Part shown: in pieces, positions 51,312 through 61,981 of the stretch
Layout: every line of letters starts with the position of its first letter
Position numbering within the stretch: the stretch's first letter is position 1
DNA from: an uncultured delta proteobacterium
GTDB taxonomy: Bacteria > Myxococcota_A > Polyangia > Haliangiales > Haliangiaceae
NCBI GenBank assembly: GCA_963848295.1
Contig: CAWKDB010000010.1
Coordinates: 1,760,001-1,824,000 of the forward strand
Length of the DNA stretch: 64,000 nucleotides
Direction: 5' to 3'
The notes under the pieces: generated by a model
Database searches by the model: none
The model's input: the letters and a program-made list of their open reading frames with translations, nothing else
What the model was told of the DNA's origin: nothing
Program-made: the position numbers and the translations under genes

Positions 51312-51949
51312 ATGATCAAGGGAATCGCGCTGACCGCGTTGCTCGTTGGCTGTGCCAGCAAACCGACGCCCGCCGAGAATCCTCAGTTGAACCTGGTGTG
51401 CCAAGGATTCATGTGCCCGGACAACCCGCTCCTCGGTGTGGGCGGCGTGATCTACGACTACGGCGGCAGCGCCGGGAACCTGACGTCGGCGAACGGCTAT
51501 GTGGAGCTCGCCCCGGCGATGGACGAGGGAGATTTCGTGGTTCAAGTCACCGCGATGGCACCTGGCGACGACGACCTGCTGCTGATCGACAACGACGAAG
51601 TCGCGCTCGAGGCGTCGGTCCAGATCGCCGAGCTCACCGAGCTCCGTCTCGAGGCACCGGGCATCGAAGGTCCGCTCGCGACCGAGATCTACGACGCGAG
51701 CTACAACGTCGCGGCCGGCGTGGCGGTCGAGCTCGAGTTCTTTCCGCAGATCGAAGGTCAGGTCTCGAGCGGCACGCACTTCTACGACGTGGCGTTCGAC
51801 AACGTCGCGCTCGGTGCGCGGGGGCGTCCTGTTCGGGCACACAGTTCTCGGAAGGCGTGACGATCACACCCGCCGCGGGCAACCACGTGTTGACGCTGAC
51901 CTCGACCAACGGTGGCCGCAGCTTCATGTTCAGCATCGTCGCGAGCTAG
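51312..51949 (+). CDS. Hypothetical lipoprotein; probable -1 frameshift at about 51812
   Basis: Lipobox LVGC; the alternative frame continues CAGASCSGTQFSEGVTITPAAGNHVLTL. Confidence 0.6.
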
Positions 51950-51950
51950 C

Positions 51951-52790
51951 TCAGCTGCGGCGAAGCTTGTCCCAGTACGGCGAGTTTACGTTCTTGAACC
52001 AGGCGATGTCGTCGCTCACCTGCCAGAACCGATATTCGAACTGCGCGGGCACCATCCGCGGCCCCTGATAGCCTGCAGCGTTCGACTCGACGTTCCAGGC
52101 GCCGGTCACGACGTACTGGCCGTGGTCGACCGCGACGCCCTTGATCTTCGTGGTCTCGGTGGAATCGGGCCATTTCGGATCGACCGGGATATGCTTCGTG
52201 GTCACCCGGATCTCGTCGCCGGCGAGCTCGACGAATTCTTGGAAGCCTTTACCGCCACTGTCCTCGGTCCAATGACCGTCGAAGTGCGCGTGAAAGTCGT
52301 GCGCGTTCGGCGCGAGCAGCAGGCCGTCGAAGATCTTCGCGTCGTACGCGATGTGCTTCGCGTCGAAGTACGCGCGCGACGCCGCGAGGATGTCGTGAAA
52401 CTCGTAGTGCTCGGGACCGTGCATCCACGGGATCGCGAGCTGGTTCTCGTTGTAGCCGATCTTCGGCAACAGCGCGTGGATCGCGATCTCGCGAATGCAC
52501 AGGTCCGAGTGGCGAGCCCATTTGATCAGCCGCGGCAGGTCCGCGGCGTTCGCGATCGGGACCTTGGTGCCGAGGGCGCGCAGGTGCGTGTACGTCGAGC
52601 CGCCGCCGTGCGCGCACATCGTAGAGGCGCCGTTTTGCTCGGAGAGGGTGTCGGCCGGCGGCAGCCCGCGCTCGAGTCGGCGAAACGTGTCGTCGATCGC
52701 ACTCGTAGGGGTCGGAGCGGACGCGCCGGCGAACGCGCTGCACGCGAGCGTACCGAGCACGAGGGCGCGTACGGTGGAGGCGAAACGCAT
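51951..52790 (-). CDS. Secreted hypothetical protein
   Basis: Signal peptide, codon bias. Confidence 0.65.
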   Translation of the reverse strand: MRFASTVRALVLGTLACSAFAGASAPTPTSAIDDTFRRLERGLPPADTLSEQNGASTMCAHGGGSTYTHLRALGTKVPIANAADLPRLIKWARHSDLCIREIAIHALLPKIGYNENQLAIPWMHGPEHYEFHDILAASRAYFDAKHIAYDAKIFDGLLLAPNAHDFHAHFDGHWTEDSGGKGFQEFVELAGDEIRVTTKHIPVDPKWPDSTETTKIKGVAVDHGQYVVTGAWNVESNAAGYQGPRMVPAQFEYRFWQVSDDIAWFKNVNSPYWDKLRRS

Positions 52791-52844
52791 GCCGCCGCTA
52801 ACGCACCACTCCAGCTGCCGGTCTACGCGTGCTAGCGTCGCCGC

Positions 52845-54062
52845 GTGAAACGGGCGCTACTCCTCGCGAGCCTGGTTGGATGCGGCGGTGGTCATCACAC
52901 CGCCGATGCGATGGTCGACGCGCCGCCCGCGAGCGATCTCGTGACGGTGACGCTGATCGATCCGACCTTGACGCAAGCCACGCCGCTCTCCGGCGCGACC
53001 GTCGTGTTCATCGACGACAACGGCACGCAGAGCGTGCCGACCGACGCGAACGGCGTGGCGCAGGCGGCGGTGCTCGCCGGGGGCAGCGTGACGAGCGTGC
53101 GGTTCTCCGGCGGCGTCGCGTTCGTCACGTCGGTGCTCGCGGTGCAACCGGGCGACTCGATCGCGCTCGGCCTCCCGGGGCAAGACCTGGGCTCGCCCGG
53201 CACGGTCAACGCGAGCTTCGATACGACGTCGCCGTCGAGCGACGGCTACACGATCAGCACGGCATGCGGAGTCACTCAGGGCGCGACCAGCCCGATCACC
53301 GTCATGCTCTACAACGACTGCGCGCACAACCCGCTCGAGCTCGTACTCGAGGGCTCACCCGGCGGGGTGCCGTCGTTCGCGATCGCGTCCGGCATCGCGT
53401 TCATTTCGGGCGAGACCGTCGCGGTCCCGGCGATGACCGCGGAGCCGACGTTCACGTCGATGCTGTCCGGAATCCCGGCGACGGCGGTCGCGACGATGTC
53501 GCGCACGTCCGACTACGCGACGAGCAGCGCGGCGATTACCACCGGCACGAGCGCGACCGTGTCGTTTCCCGGGGTCGTCGGCTCGACCGCCTACTTCCGC
53601 GGCGACTTCACCGCGCCGAGTGGCGCACAGTCGGTCTACTTCCAAGCCGCGCCGACCTCGCCGCAGTACAACCTCGACGTCGGCGACACGCTGCTGCCGT
53701 GGATCGCCGCACCGACCGTCGATCAGGGCACCGGCGCGATCAGCGCGGCGCTGACGACCGCCGGCACGAGCGGCGACGCGCCCGATGTCGCGATCGCCTC
53801 GCTGTCGTTCATCACCGGCGGCTCGACGAGCGTCGAGTGGACGGTCTACGGCCCGGACCCGACGATGCTGGCGTTGCCCGCGCTACCGGCCGAGCTCGCG
53901 GTCACCGGCGGAACGCTGACGTCTGGTTCGGTCGAGCTCGTCGAGCTCGACGCGCTCGCGAGCTACGACGCCGTTCGCCCGAGCCCCGACACCGTGCTCG
54001 GCACGCTGACGACCGCGACCGGCCGCTCGCGGGTGAGCCAGTCTCCGCCGCCCGCGATCTAG
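52845..54062 (+). CDS. Hypothetical lipoprotein with carboxypeptidase-regulatory-like N-domain
   Basis: Lipobox LVGC; PLSGATVVF...TDANGVA. Confidence 0.75.
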   Translation: MKRALLLASLVGCGGGHHTADAMVDAPPASDLVTVTLIDPTLTQATPLSGATVVFIDDNGTQSVPTDANGVAQAAVLAGGSVTSVRFSGGVAFVTSVLAVQPGDSIALGLPGQDLGSPGTVNASFDTTSPSSDGYTISTACGVTQGATSPITVMLYNDCAHNPLELVLEGSPGGVPSFAIASGIAFISGETVAVPAMTAEPTFTSMLSGIPATAVATMSRTSDYATSSAAITTGTSATVSFPGVVGSTAYFRGDFTAPSGAQSVYFQAAPTSPQYNLDVGDTLLPWIAAPTVDQGTGAISAALTTAGTSGDAPDVAIASLSFITGGSTSVEWTVYGPDPTMLALPALPAELAVTGGTLTSGSVELVELDALASYDAVRPSPDTVLGTLTTATGRSRVSQSPPPAI

Positions 54063-55168
54063 CCGCGGCTCGGCGACGTGCCCGGCCGCAGCGCCTCGAC
54101 CAGCAAGCTCGCGACGCGCTGGGCCTCGGCCGGGTCGTCGGGATAGTCGAGCTCGCGGTACATGCGCGCGAGCCGCTCGACGCGATCGAGCTGGTGGCTG
54201 GCGCCGGCGAGCGCGTGGGCGTGCGCGACGAAGAATAGCGCGTAGCCGCGCAGCACCTGGTCGTCGCGCATCGGCGACAGCCGCCAGGTCTGCCACGCGA
54301 ACTGAAAGTACGGGCCGACCATGTCGCGGACCGCGGCGCTGTGGGCGGCGAGCGCGGCGCGTACGTCGGCGACGGTCGCGAGCCCGACCGAGACGAGCAT
54401 CGTCACCAGATAATCCGGGAAGAACACGTCGGCGCCGAGCCGCGCGCCGAGCGCCTCCGCGATGCCGCGATCGAGCGCACCGACCTCGTCGCCGGCGACC
54501 AGCGCGTTGAGCGCGAAGCCGTCGAGCGCCACGCCGGGCTCGGCGGCGGCGAGCCGCCCGGGGAGCGCGCGCTCGTACTCGTCGAGCTCGTCGCGGATCG
54601 CGACGAACTCGTGGTCTGCGATCTCGAGCAAGCCGGCGAGCCGGCTGAGCCGGCGCCGCATCGCCGCGGGGACCGCACCGGGTGCCTTGTAGCCGAGGTC
54701 GTGCTCGATCTCGGCCCACGTGTGCTCGAGCAGCGTCCGGACCTGGATCTCGGCGCGCGCCGCATCGGGTAGCCCGGCGCGGTGATCGGCGATGCCGAAC
54801 ACGTAGTGCAACGAGCGGTAGCCGAACACCCGCGGCTCGATCCGCGCGCGCTTGTCGTTCGAGCGCGACAGGTCGATGCGCAGCCGACCCTGGAGCAGCC
54901 GGCCGACCTCGTCGACGTCGTCCTCGAAGTACGTGATGACGCGCAGCCCGAGGAGATCGGTGACGCTCCACAGCTCGCCGTAGTTGCGATCGGGTCGCGC
55001 GAGCTTGCGCGCGAGGCTCGCCGGATCCTTCGCACGCGCGGTGACCGAGTGGACCTTGAGGCCGTGCCCGCGCAACCACCCGGCGATATCGTCGCGCAGC
55101 GCCTCGCCGCGCGACGCGAGCACCGGCCGCACCGCGGCGAAGGCTTCGAGCAGCTCGGCGTGAGGCAT
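54059..55168 (-). CDS. Small alarmone synthetase (RelA/SpoT synthetase domain) with C-terminal extension
   Basis: RAKDPASLARK, DLLGLRV, GYRSLHY, EIQVRTLLEHTWAEIEHDLGYK. Confidence 0.9.
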   Translation of the reverse strand: MPHAELLEAFAAVRPVLASRGEALRDDIAGWLRGHGLKVHSVTARAKDPASLARKLARPDRNYGELWSVTDLLGLRVITYFEDDVDEVGRLLQGRLRIDLSRSNDKRARIEPRVFGYRSLHYVFGIADHRAGLPDAARAEIQVRTLLEHTWAEIEHDLGYKAPGAVPAAMRRRLSRLAGLLEIADHEFVAIRDELDEYERALPGRLAAAEPGVALDGFALNALVAGDEVGALDRGIAEALGARLGADVFFPDYLVTMLVSVGLATVADVRAALAAHSAAVRDMVGPYFQFAWQTWRLSPMRDDQVLRGYALFFVAHAHALAGASHQLDRVERLARMYRELDYPDDPAEAQRVASLLVEALRPGTSPSRG

Positions 55169-55177
55169 CGCGTAGTT

Positions 55178-58010
55178 CTACTTCAGCTTCGCTTTGAGCT
55201 CGAGGATCTCGGCGTTCTCCGGCTCGGTCTGCATCGCGAGGCCGATCGCCGCCCTCGCGTCGCGCGGCTTGCGGAGCAAGAGGAACGCCTTCGCGCGACC
55301 GAGCTGGATCAGCGCGGGCCGGCGCGGCTGCGGGTTCGTCACGAGCGCGGTGTCGTACGTGTAGAGCGCACGGTTGCCGTCGCCGAGCTCGAGATAGGCG
55401 CGGCCGAGGCCGAGCAAGATGTCGTCATCTTGCGGGTTGATGAACGTCGCGAGCTCGCCATACGTGCGGACCTTGGCCCACTTGCCGAGCTTCGCGTAGC
55501 CGAGGACGAGCTCCTTGAGCGGCGACAGCTCCATCTGCTCGATGTACGCGTAGTCCTCGAGCTCGGCGAGCTGCTTCTCGACGGCGCCTTGCTTCTTGTA
55601 GAGCTCGGCGAGCGCCTGGTAGGGGTAGCTGCGCTCGGGGTCGAGCTTCTTCGCCGCGCATAGCTGCTTCTCGAATTCGGCGACGTCGTGCTCGTTCTCG
55701 GCGATGCGCGCGAGCTGCGTGCGCAGGTCGTAGCTGTCGTGACCGTCGGCGGCGAGCCCGGAGTAGAGTTGTTTCGCCGAGGCGAAGTCCTCCTCGTGCA
55801 TCGCGATCTCGGCGAGGATGTAGCGCGCGATCGGCTGCTTCGGATCGAGCGCGAGCGCGGCGTGGGCCGCGACCCCGGCTTTGTCTTCGTCGCCGCCGTA
55901 GGTGTAGGCCAGCGCGACGTACGCGCGGGCCTTCGCGTCTTTCGGAGCGGCATCCGCGGCGATCTCGAGCTTGGTCGGATCGTCGAATCCGCGCGTCGGC
56001 AGCTTGAACGTACCGGCGTACGGAGCGAGCCGGATGTCGAGGTACTTGTGGAAGTCGCTGTCGAGCTGCGCGATCGTCTTGCCGGTGATCGTCTGCAACA
56101 CCTCGGGGGTCTCCTTGCCCTTGCCGTAGAGCTTGAGCGCCTCGACGATCTTCGGGAACCCGTAGGTCTGCGGCGAGGTATTCGATCGTGACCGCCGATT
56201 GGAAGTACGCGACGACGACCGCGTTCTGATCCGGCTGCATGAACTCGGAGTTCAAGTCGCCGATCGACGGCAGCGTGCCCGAGACCACCGCGCCGTAGAG
56301 ATCCGCGTCGTTCTCGCGCCGCCACTCGGGGCGCGCGATCAGCGTCTCGTATTCGGACAGGCCTTCGGTGAACCACCGCGGCACGCGCGAGTTCGACAGC
56401 TGGATCGCGAACACGTGGCCGAGCTCGTGCCACAGCACCATCCCCCAGTTGAGGTCGCCGGTCGCGGGTGACATCGCGGTGATCACCTGGCCGAAGCACA
56501 CGCCGAGCGCGCCGATGTCGGGCAGCCCGACCGTGCGCACCGCGTAGTCGGTCTTGTCGGCGTAGAGCTCGAGCGTCACCGGCGTCTTCGGCGTGAAGCC
56601 GTAGCGCTTCACCATGTCGGCGAACGCGCGCTCCATCGTGGGCTCGAGGTAGCGGGACAGCGCCGGCTTCTCCTCGTTGTGGTAACGGATCTTGAAGTCC
56701 TTGGTCGTCGCGAACGTATATTCGCGCGGCAGGCGATCGAACAGGTTGAGCGTGTTGAACGCGCGCACGTTGTAGCCGTCGCCGTGGAACGACTTGCGTA
56801 GCCAATCCAGGCCCTCGGTCTCGAGCCCCATCCGCAAGTAGCCGAGGCCGGCGCCTGCCATCGCCTCGTAGAAATCGGGCTTGAGCTTGATCGCCTCCTT
56901 CTCGAGCTCGATCGCCTCGGTGTAGCGATGCTCGCGCACCGCCGACCGCGCGACGATGCGATAGAACTGCGCGTACGCCTTGTCGACGGCGAACACCTTC
57001 GTGCGCGCCGCTTCGTAACCTGCGGTGTCGTCGCGCAGCCACTTGATCGTCGCGCGCATCGCGAGCGCCTCGACGTCCTGCGAGTTCGTCGCGAGCACTT
57101 GATCGAGCGTCTTGCCCGCGACGTCCCACTGGTTCTGGTCGATCTCGACCGATGCGCGAACCTTCAGCGCGCGCGCGTTCTTTGGATTGACGGCGAGCGC
57201 GGCGTCGAGGTGATGGCGCACCGCCGCGAGGTCGTACGTGGTCTCGACCAGCACGCCCGCCATCGCCGCGTGCGCGTCCGGATAGTTCGGGTTGACCTTG
57301 AACACCTCTTCGAGGGTCTGGCCGCCCGGTTCGGCCGCGTACTTCTGCGAGAACAGATCGGCCCACGCGACGCCTGCCTCGGAGAACCGCTCGCCGAGCG
57401 CGCGCACCGGATGCTTGGGATCGGGATGCTGCGGCGGTTCGATCTTGAGCGCCGCGCGATACGAATCGTTCGCGAGCTCGAACTGCTCGGTGTACTTCGC
57501 GGCCTCGGCGAGCTGGTAGAGCTGGATCGCATCGTCCAGGTCGATCTTGTGCGCGTCGAACTCTTTGATCGTCTCGTCGAACAGCAACTTCGCGTCGACC
57601 GTGTCGCCCTGCCAGAACCGCAGCTCGGCGAGGGCCGTGCGCACGCCGCGATCGTCGGGCCGATCCTTGAACAGCTGCTCGAGATCGGCTCGCGCATCGC
57701 TGCTCCGGCCGGTCAGCGTGCGCTCGCGATCGAGCTCGAGGCGCGCATCGATCCAGACGCCGGCGGCATCCTTGGCCGCGGCGAGTGGAGTCGCGGTCGC
57801 CTCGGCCGCCGCGTAGTCGCCGGTCTCGATCTGTGCGCGAGCGAGCAGCAAGCGCGCGGCCGGCTTGTCCTTGCCGGTGACCGCGGCGAGATCGGTGATC
57901 GCGCCCTTGTAGTCGCCGGCGATCAGCTTGTCGCGGCCGCTGCCGAGATCAGCGTTCGCGATTCCGCTCAGAGCGCAAACCGCGCACACCGCTCCCAGGC
58001 TCGTTCGCAT
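55178..58010 (-). CDS. Secreted TPR-repeat protein with peptidase MA-like domain; +1 frameshift at about 56171
   Basis: Signal peptide, TPRs, WHELGH...PRWFTEGLSEY; removing one base gives YLAQTYGFPKI. Confidence 0.85.
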
Positions 58011-58080
58011 GCCCTCGAATCTGTGCGACCGCGATACCCCTGTCAAACGCGATATCGGGGAACGGTGCTATCCTCGGGAG

Positions 58081-58587
58081 GTGGCCGAGCCCTCGAAGGA
58101 ACCAGCCGCAGGCGCGCAGGGGATTTACACCTCGTTCGATGCGTTCCTGAAGCAGGCGATCCGCGAGTATTACGATCGCAGCTGGACCACGCGTAAGGGC
58201 AACTTCATCGCGTTGCTCATCGCCTCGGGCCAGACGTCGTTGGCGTTAGCCAAGGACTCGGTCGTCGACGGCTCGGGCACGAAGAAGGTCGCGATCGGCG
58301 CGGGGCTGTTACTCGCGCTTCGCATCGGGCTGCGCTACGCGCTCGGCGGACCGCTCGGCCTCGTGCTCGGCGTCGCGGCCGGAGCGTCGATGGTCGCGTA
58401 TTTCGTGCGCAATCAGAAAGACATCATCAAGAAGGTCTCGGTCTACAAGGCCGCGATCGCCGATAACGACACGCGTTACACCGAGGTCCAGACAGGTTGG
58501 CGGGACGGGAAGTATCAGATCACGGACCGCAACCTCATGATCGATGGGCTGATGAAGCAATTCATCGCCAAGATCGATGAAACCTGA
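58081..58587 (+). CDS. Hypothetical membrane protein
   Basis: Gly-rich hydrophobic hairpin; GTG start inferred. Confidence 0.7.
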   Translation: MAEPSKEPAAGAQGIYTSFDAFLKQAIREYYDRSWTTRKGNFIALLIASGQTSLALAKDSVVDGSGTKKVAIGAGLLLALRIGLRYALGGPLGLVLGVAAGASMVAYFVRNQKDIIKKVSVYKAAIADNDTRYTEVQTGWRDGKYQITDRNLMIDGLMKQFIAKIDET

Positions 58588-58590
58588 CGT

Positions 58591-59373
58591 TTGCTGACGA
58601 CGCCTCGCCTGCTCGTCGCGTCTATGGCGGTCGCGCTCGCCGCCGCGCCGGCCGTGGCAGCGCCGAGGCGCACGCCGCCACCAGCGCCCGGCCCCGCGAT
58701 CCCGGATCCGAGTGATCACCGCCGGATCATCGGCATTCTCGATGTGCGGGTCGATGGCGTCCCGCCGGAGGTCGCGACGCAGTTTCAAGCGAACCTCGAG
58801 GAGCAACTCGACACCAAGCTGTTCTGGCTCGTGCCGCGTCCCCGGATGCGCGAGCTGATGGCGAACTCGACGCGGTGGACCGAGGGCTGCCTCGTCGGTA
58901 TGTGCCTGCGCGAGATCCGCACCCAGACCCGCGCCGACCTCGTGTTGCTCGCCGCGATGTCGGGCGGCGGAACGAGCTTCGGCTGGACCGTGACCTTGGT
59001 CCGCACCGATTCCGGGCGCGTGCTGTCGCAGGACTCCGCGCGCTGCGACGTCTGTACCGTCAACGAAGCGGTCACCGGCGCGACGCTCGGGACGCTGAAG
59101 CTGCTCGAGGATATACCCGACAAGCTGCCGGATCAGGCGAGCGAAGAGACCGCGGCGTACAACATGTTGCTCAAGCCGATTCGCGGCCAGGTCAAAGGCC
59201 TCGAGCGCGGACGCCGGCGAGTCGGCATCACCTTGTCGATCACCGGGCTCGTCGTCGCGGCGGCCGGCGTGGCGCTGTACGAGAGCGGCTCGTCGAATCG
59301 CGATGTCGGCGAAATCACTGCGGCCGCGGGCGGTGGGATCGCGGGCAGCGGCGTGATCGTCCTCGCGTTCTGA
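58591..59373 (+). CDS. Secreted/membrane hypothetical protein
   Basis: Signal peptide, Cys pairs, C-terminal hydrophobic segments. Confidence 0.7.
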   Translation: MLTTPRLLVASMAVALAAAPAVAAPRRTPPPAPGPAIPDPSDHRRIIGILDVRVDGVPPEVATQFQANLEEQLDTKLFWLVPRPRMRELMANSTRWTEGCLVGMCLREIRTQTRADLVLLAAMSGGGTSFGWTVTLVRTDSGRVLSQDSARCDVCTVNEAVTGATLGTLKLLEDIPDKLPDQASEETAAYNMLLKPIRGQVKGLERGRRRVGITLSITGLVVAAAGVALYESGSSNRDVGEITAAAGGGIAGSGVIVLAF

Positions 59374-59491
59374 TCACGCCTTCGGGTCGCGGCGAGCCGA
59401 CCGCGGCGGTGACGGCGCACATTCAAGCGGGGCGGAAGGGGACCGCGTTTTCACGTTGGCACGTCGACGGGCCGGGATTAGTGTCGGCGCC

Positions 59492-61363
59492 ATGACATCT
59501 CGCTGTTACGTCCTCGCGTGCCTCGCCGTCGTCGGTGCGTGCAACTCGACGACCGGAACGCACGCGCTGTTCGAGCAGCAAGGCAGCGACTTCTACGCGT
59601 TGCCGTTTCCGAACGACTTGCACCGCAATGCTGACGGCACGCTCGATCTTACGAACTTTCCGACGAACAGCTTGATCGTCGACGAATACCGGATGGACGC
59701 ACAGGTGCTCGACGGGTTCTCGCTCAACGCCGCCGAGTTCGCGCTGTTCGATGGACCGCTCGATCCGGCGTCGCTGCCCGACGAAGCCGGCTCGACGCAA
59801 CCCGGCGCGTCGGTCTACGTCGTCAACATCGATCCCAAGTCGCCGAACCTCGGCAAGCGTACGCCGGTGATCGTGCACTTCCGAGCGGATGGCACGATGA
59901 CGATCGGACCGAACCGTCTCGTCGTCCGCCCCGTGCCGGGGTTCACGCTCGACGAGGGCACGGTCTACGCGCTGATCATCACGAACCGGGTCAACGCCGC
60001 CGACGGCACTCCGATCGTGGCGCAGAGCGAGTTCGAACAGCTGCGCGACGACACCGGCGCGACCGACGCGTACTCGCCGCTGCGCTCGTATCTCGCGAGC
60101 TCGGGCGATGAGGACCCGAAGAATGTCGTCTCGGCCGCGGTGTTCACGACCCAGCACGCGACGTTCGTGGCGCCCGGCATACGCCGGGCGGTGTACGCGA
60201 CCGCGATGCCCGTCGCGACGTCGGTGGTGACGTCCGGCCCGACCGCGACGTGGACCGAGTGGACCGGCAGCTACATGGCGCCGAACTTCCAGACCGGCAC
60301 GCCGCCGTACCTCAACGCCGGCGGCGAGATCCAGTTCGATGCGACGAACACCGCGATCGTCCAGCGCACCGAGACGATGCGGTTCGCGTTGACCGTCCCG
60401 CCCGGGGCGACGCCGGCGACCGGGTGGCCGATCGCGATCTACCAGCACGGCACGGGCGGCGATTATCAATCGTTCATCCAGGATGGCACCGCGGATCGGC
60501 TCGCGGCACAGGGCATCGCCGTGATCTCGACCGACCAAGTGCTGCACGGTCCGCGCGATCCGGCCGGCACCGATCCCGGCGTCGCGTTCTATAACTTCTC
60601 GAACCCGTTCGCCGGCCGCGACAACGCGCTGCAGGGCTACGCGGATGCGTGGTCACAGCTCCGGCTCGCGATGGGCATGTCGATCGTCGACACCGATCGC
60701 ACGATCACGTTCGACCCGGATCGCGTGATGTTCTTCGGTCACTCGCAGGGCAGCGAGACCAGCCCCGGGTTCATCGCGTACGAGCCGCAGGTCAAGGGCG
60801 CGGTGTTGTCCGGCGCGGGCGGCGTGCTTTATCTGAGCCTGTTGCTGAAGACCCAGCCGGTCGACCTCACGCAGCTCGTCACCGCGCTCGTCCGCGACGA
60901 TCCGGTCGACGAGGACAACCCGACGCTCGCGCTCGCGCAGATGTGGATCGAGCGCGCCGATCCGGCGAATTACGGACGCTACTTCACGCGCGAGCCGCAA
61001 CTCGGACCGGATGGCACGCAGATGGCGCCGCGCGACATCTTCCAGAGCGAGGGCTTCGTCGACACGTATGCCCCGAACCCGGGGATCGAAGCGTTCGCGA
61101 CCGCGATCGGCGGCAACGAGGTCGTCACCGCGAACGAGAAGGACATCGACGGCCTGACGTTGCGCGGCAACACCAGCCTCGCGCCGCCGATCACCGGCAA
61201 CTTGAACGGCGCGACCGCGGTGCTCGCGCAGTACAACATGGCGCCGGGCTCGGACGGCCACTTCGTCGTGTTCGAGATTCCAGCGGCCGAGCAGCAGTCC
61301 GCGGAATTCCTCGGCACGCTCGCCGCGACCGGCAAAGCGACGGTCGTCGTCCCGACGAACTGA
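59492..61363 (+). CDS. Ig-like plus alpha/beta-hydrolase (lipase-like) lipoprotein
   Basis: Lipobox VGAC; PFPND, DGFS, IYQHGTGG, FGHSQG, DGHF. Confidence 0.85.
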   Translation: MTSRCYVLACLAVVGACNSTTGTHALFEQQGSDFYALPFPNDLHRNADGTLDLTNFPTNSLIVDEYRMDAQVLDGFSLNAAEFALFDGPLDPASLPDEAGSTQPGASVYVVNIDPKSPNLGKRTPVIVHFRADGTMTIGPNRLVVRPVPGFTLDEGTVYALIITNRVNAADGTPIVAQSEFEQLRDDTGATDAYSPLRSYLASSGDEDPKNVVSAAVFTTQHATFVAPGIRRAVYATAMPVATSVVTSGPTATWTEWTGSYMAPNFQTGTPPYLNAGGEIQFDATNTAIVQRTETMRFALTVPPGATPATGWPIAIYQHGTGGDYQSFIQDGTADRLAAQGIAVISTDQVLHGPRDPAGTDPGVAFYNFSNPFAGRDNALQGYADAWSQLRLAMGMSIVDTDRTITFDPDRVMFFGHSQGSETSPGFIAYEPQVKGAVLSGAGGVLYLSLLLKTQPVDLTQLVTALVRDDPVDEDNPTLALAQMWIERADPANYGRYFTREPQLGPDGTQMAPRDIFQSEGFVDTYAPNPGIEAFATAIGGNEVVTANEKDIDGLTLRGNTSLAPPITGNLNGATAVLAQYNMAPGSDGHFVVFEIPAAEQQSAEFLGTLAATGKATVVVPTN

Positions 61364-61971
61364 TGGAGCGCAAGAAGCTAGGCGAGCTGCTGATCGAGGC
61401 CGGCGCCTTGAGCGAAGCCGCGCTCGCGTCCGCGCTCAAGGAGCAGCGCCGGTGGGGCGGCTCGCTCGGCCGCATGCTCGTCGACATGAAGCTGGTCGGC
61501 GAGGACGAGCTCGTGCGCGTGTTGTCGCGCCAGCTCGGGCTCGCCGCGGTCGATCTCGATGCGCGTGTGATCGATCCGGCGGTGCTCGCGCTCGTGCCGA
61601 GCGAGCTCGCGCAGCAGTTCACGCTCGTGCCGTTCGCGAAGACCGCGACGACGCTCGACCTCGCGATGGCAGATCCGACGAACCTGGGGATCGTCGACGA
61701 GCTCAGGCTGCGCACGCAGCTCGCGATCGTCACGTACCTCGCGGGTCCGAAGATGATCGAGCGCGCCCTCGCCGCGCACTACGGCCACGGCCGCCGACCG
61801 GCGGTGCCGGAGGTGACCGCGCGCGATATCGAGATCGCCGCGCTCCAGGAGCGGATCTCGACACTCGAAGCCGCGGTCGCCCGCGACGAGCAGCTCGTGC
61901 GAAACCTCCTGGCGTTGCTCGTCGATCGAGGGGTCGTGACGCGCGACGACGTTCTCGACAAGCTGCGCTAG
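61363..61971 (+). CDS. Stand-alone MshEN/GspE N-terminal domain protein
   Basis: KLGELLIEAG...ALKEQ, LGRMLV, LAMADP; no ATPase domain. Confidence 0.85.
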   Translation: MERKKLGELLIEAGALSEAALASALKEQRRWGGSLGRMLVDMKLVGEDELVRVLSRQLGLAAVDLDARVIDPAVLALVPSELAQQFTLVPFAKTATTLDLAMADPTNLGIVDELRLRTQLAIVTYLAGPKMIERALAAHYGHGRRPAVPEVTARDIEIAALQERISTLEAAVARDEQLVRNLLALLVDRGVVTRDDVLDKLR

Positions 61972-61981
61972 ACTACAGCGG

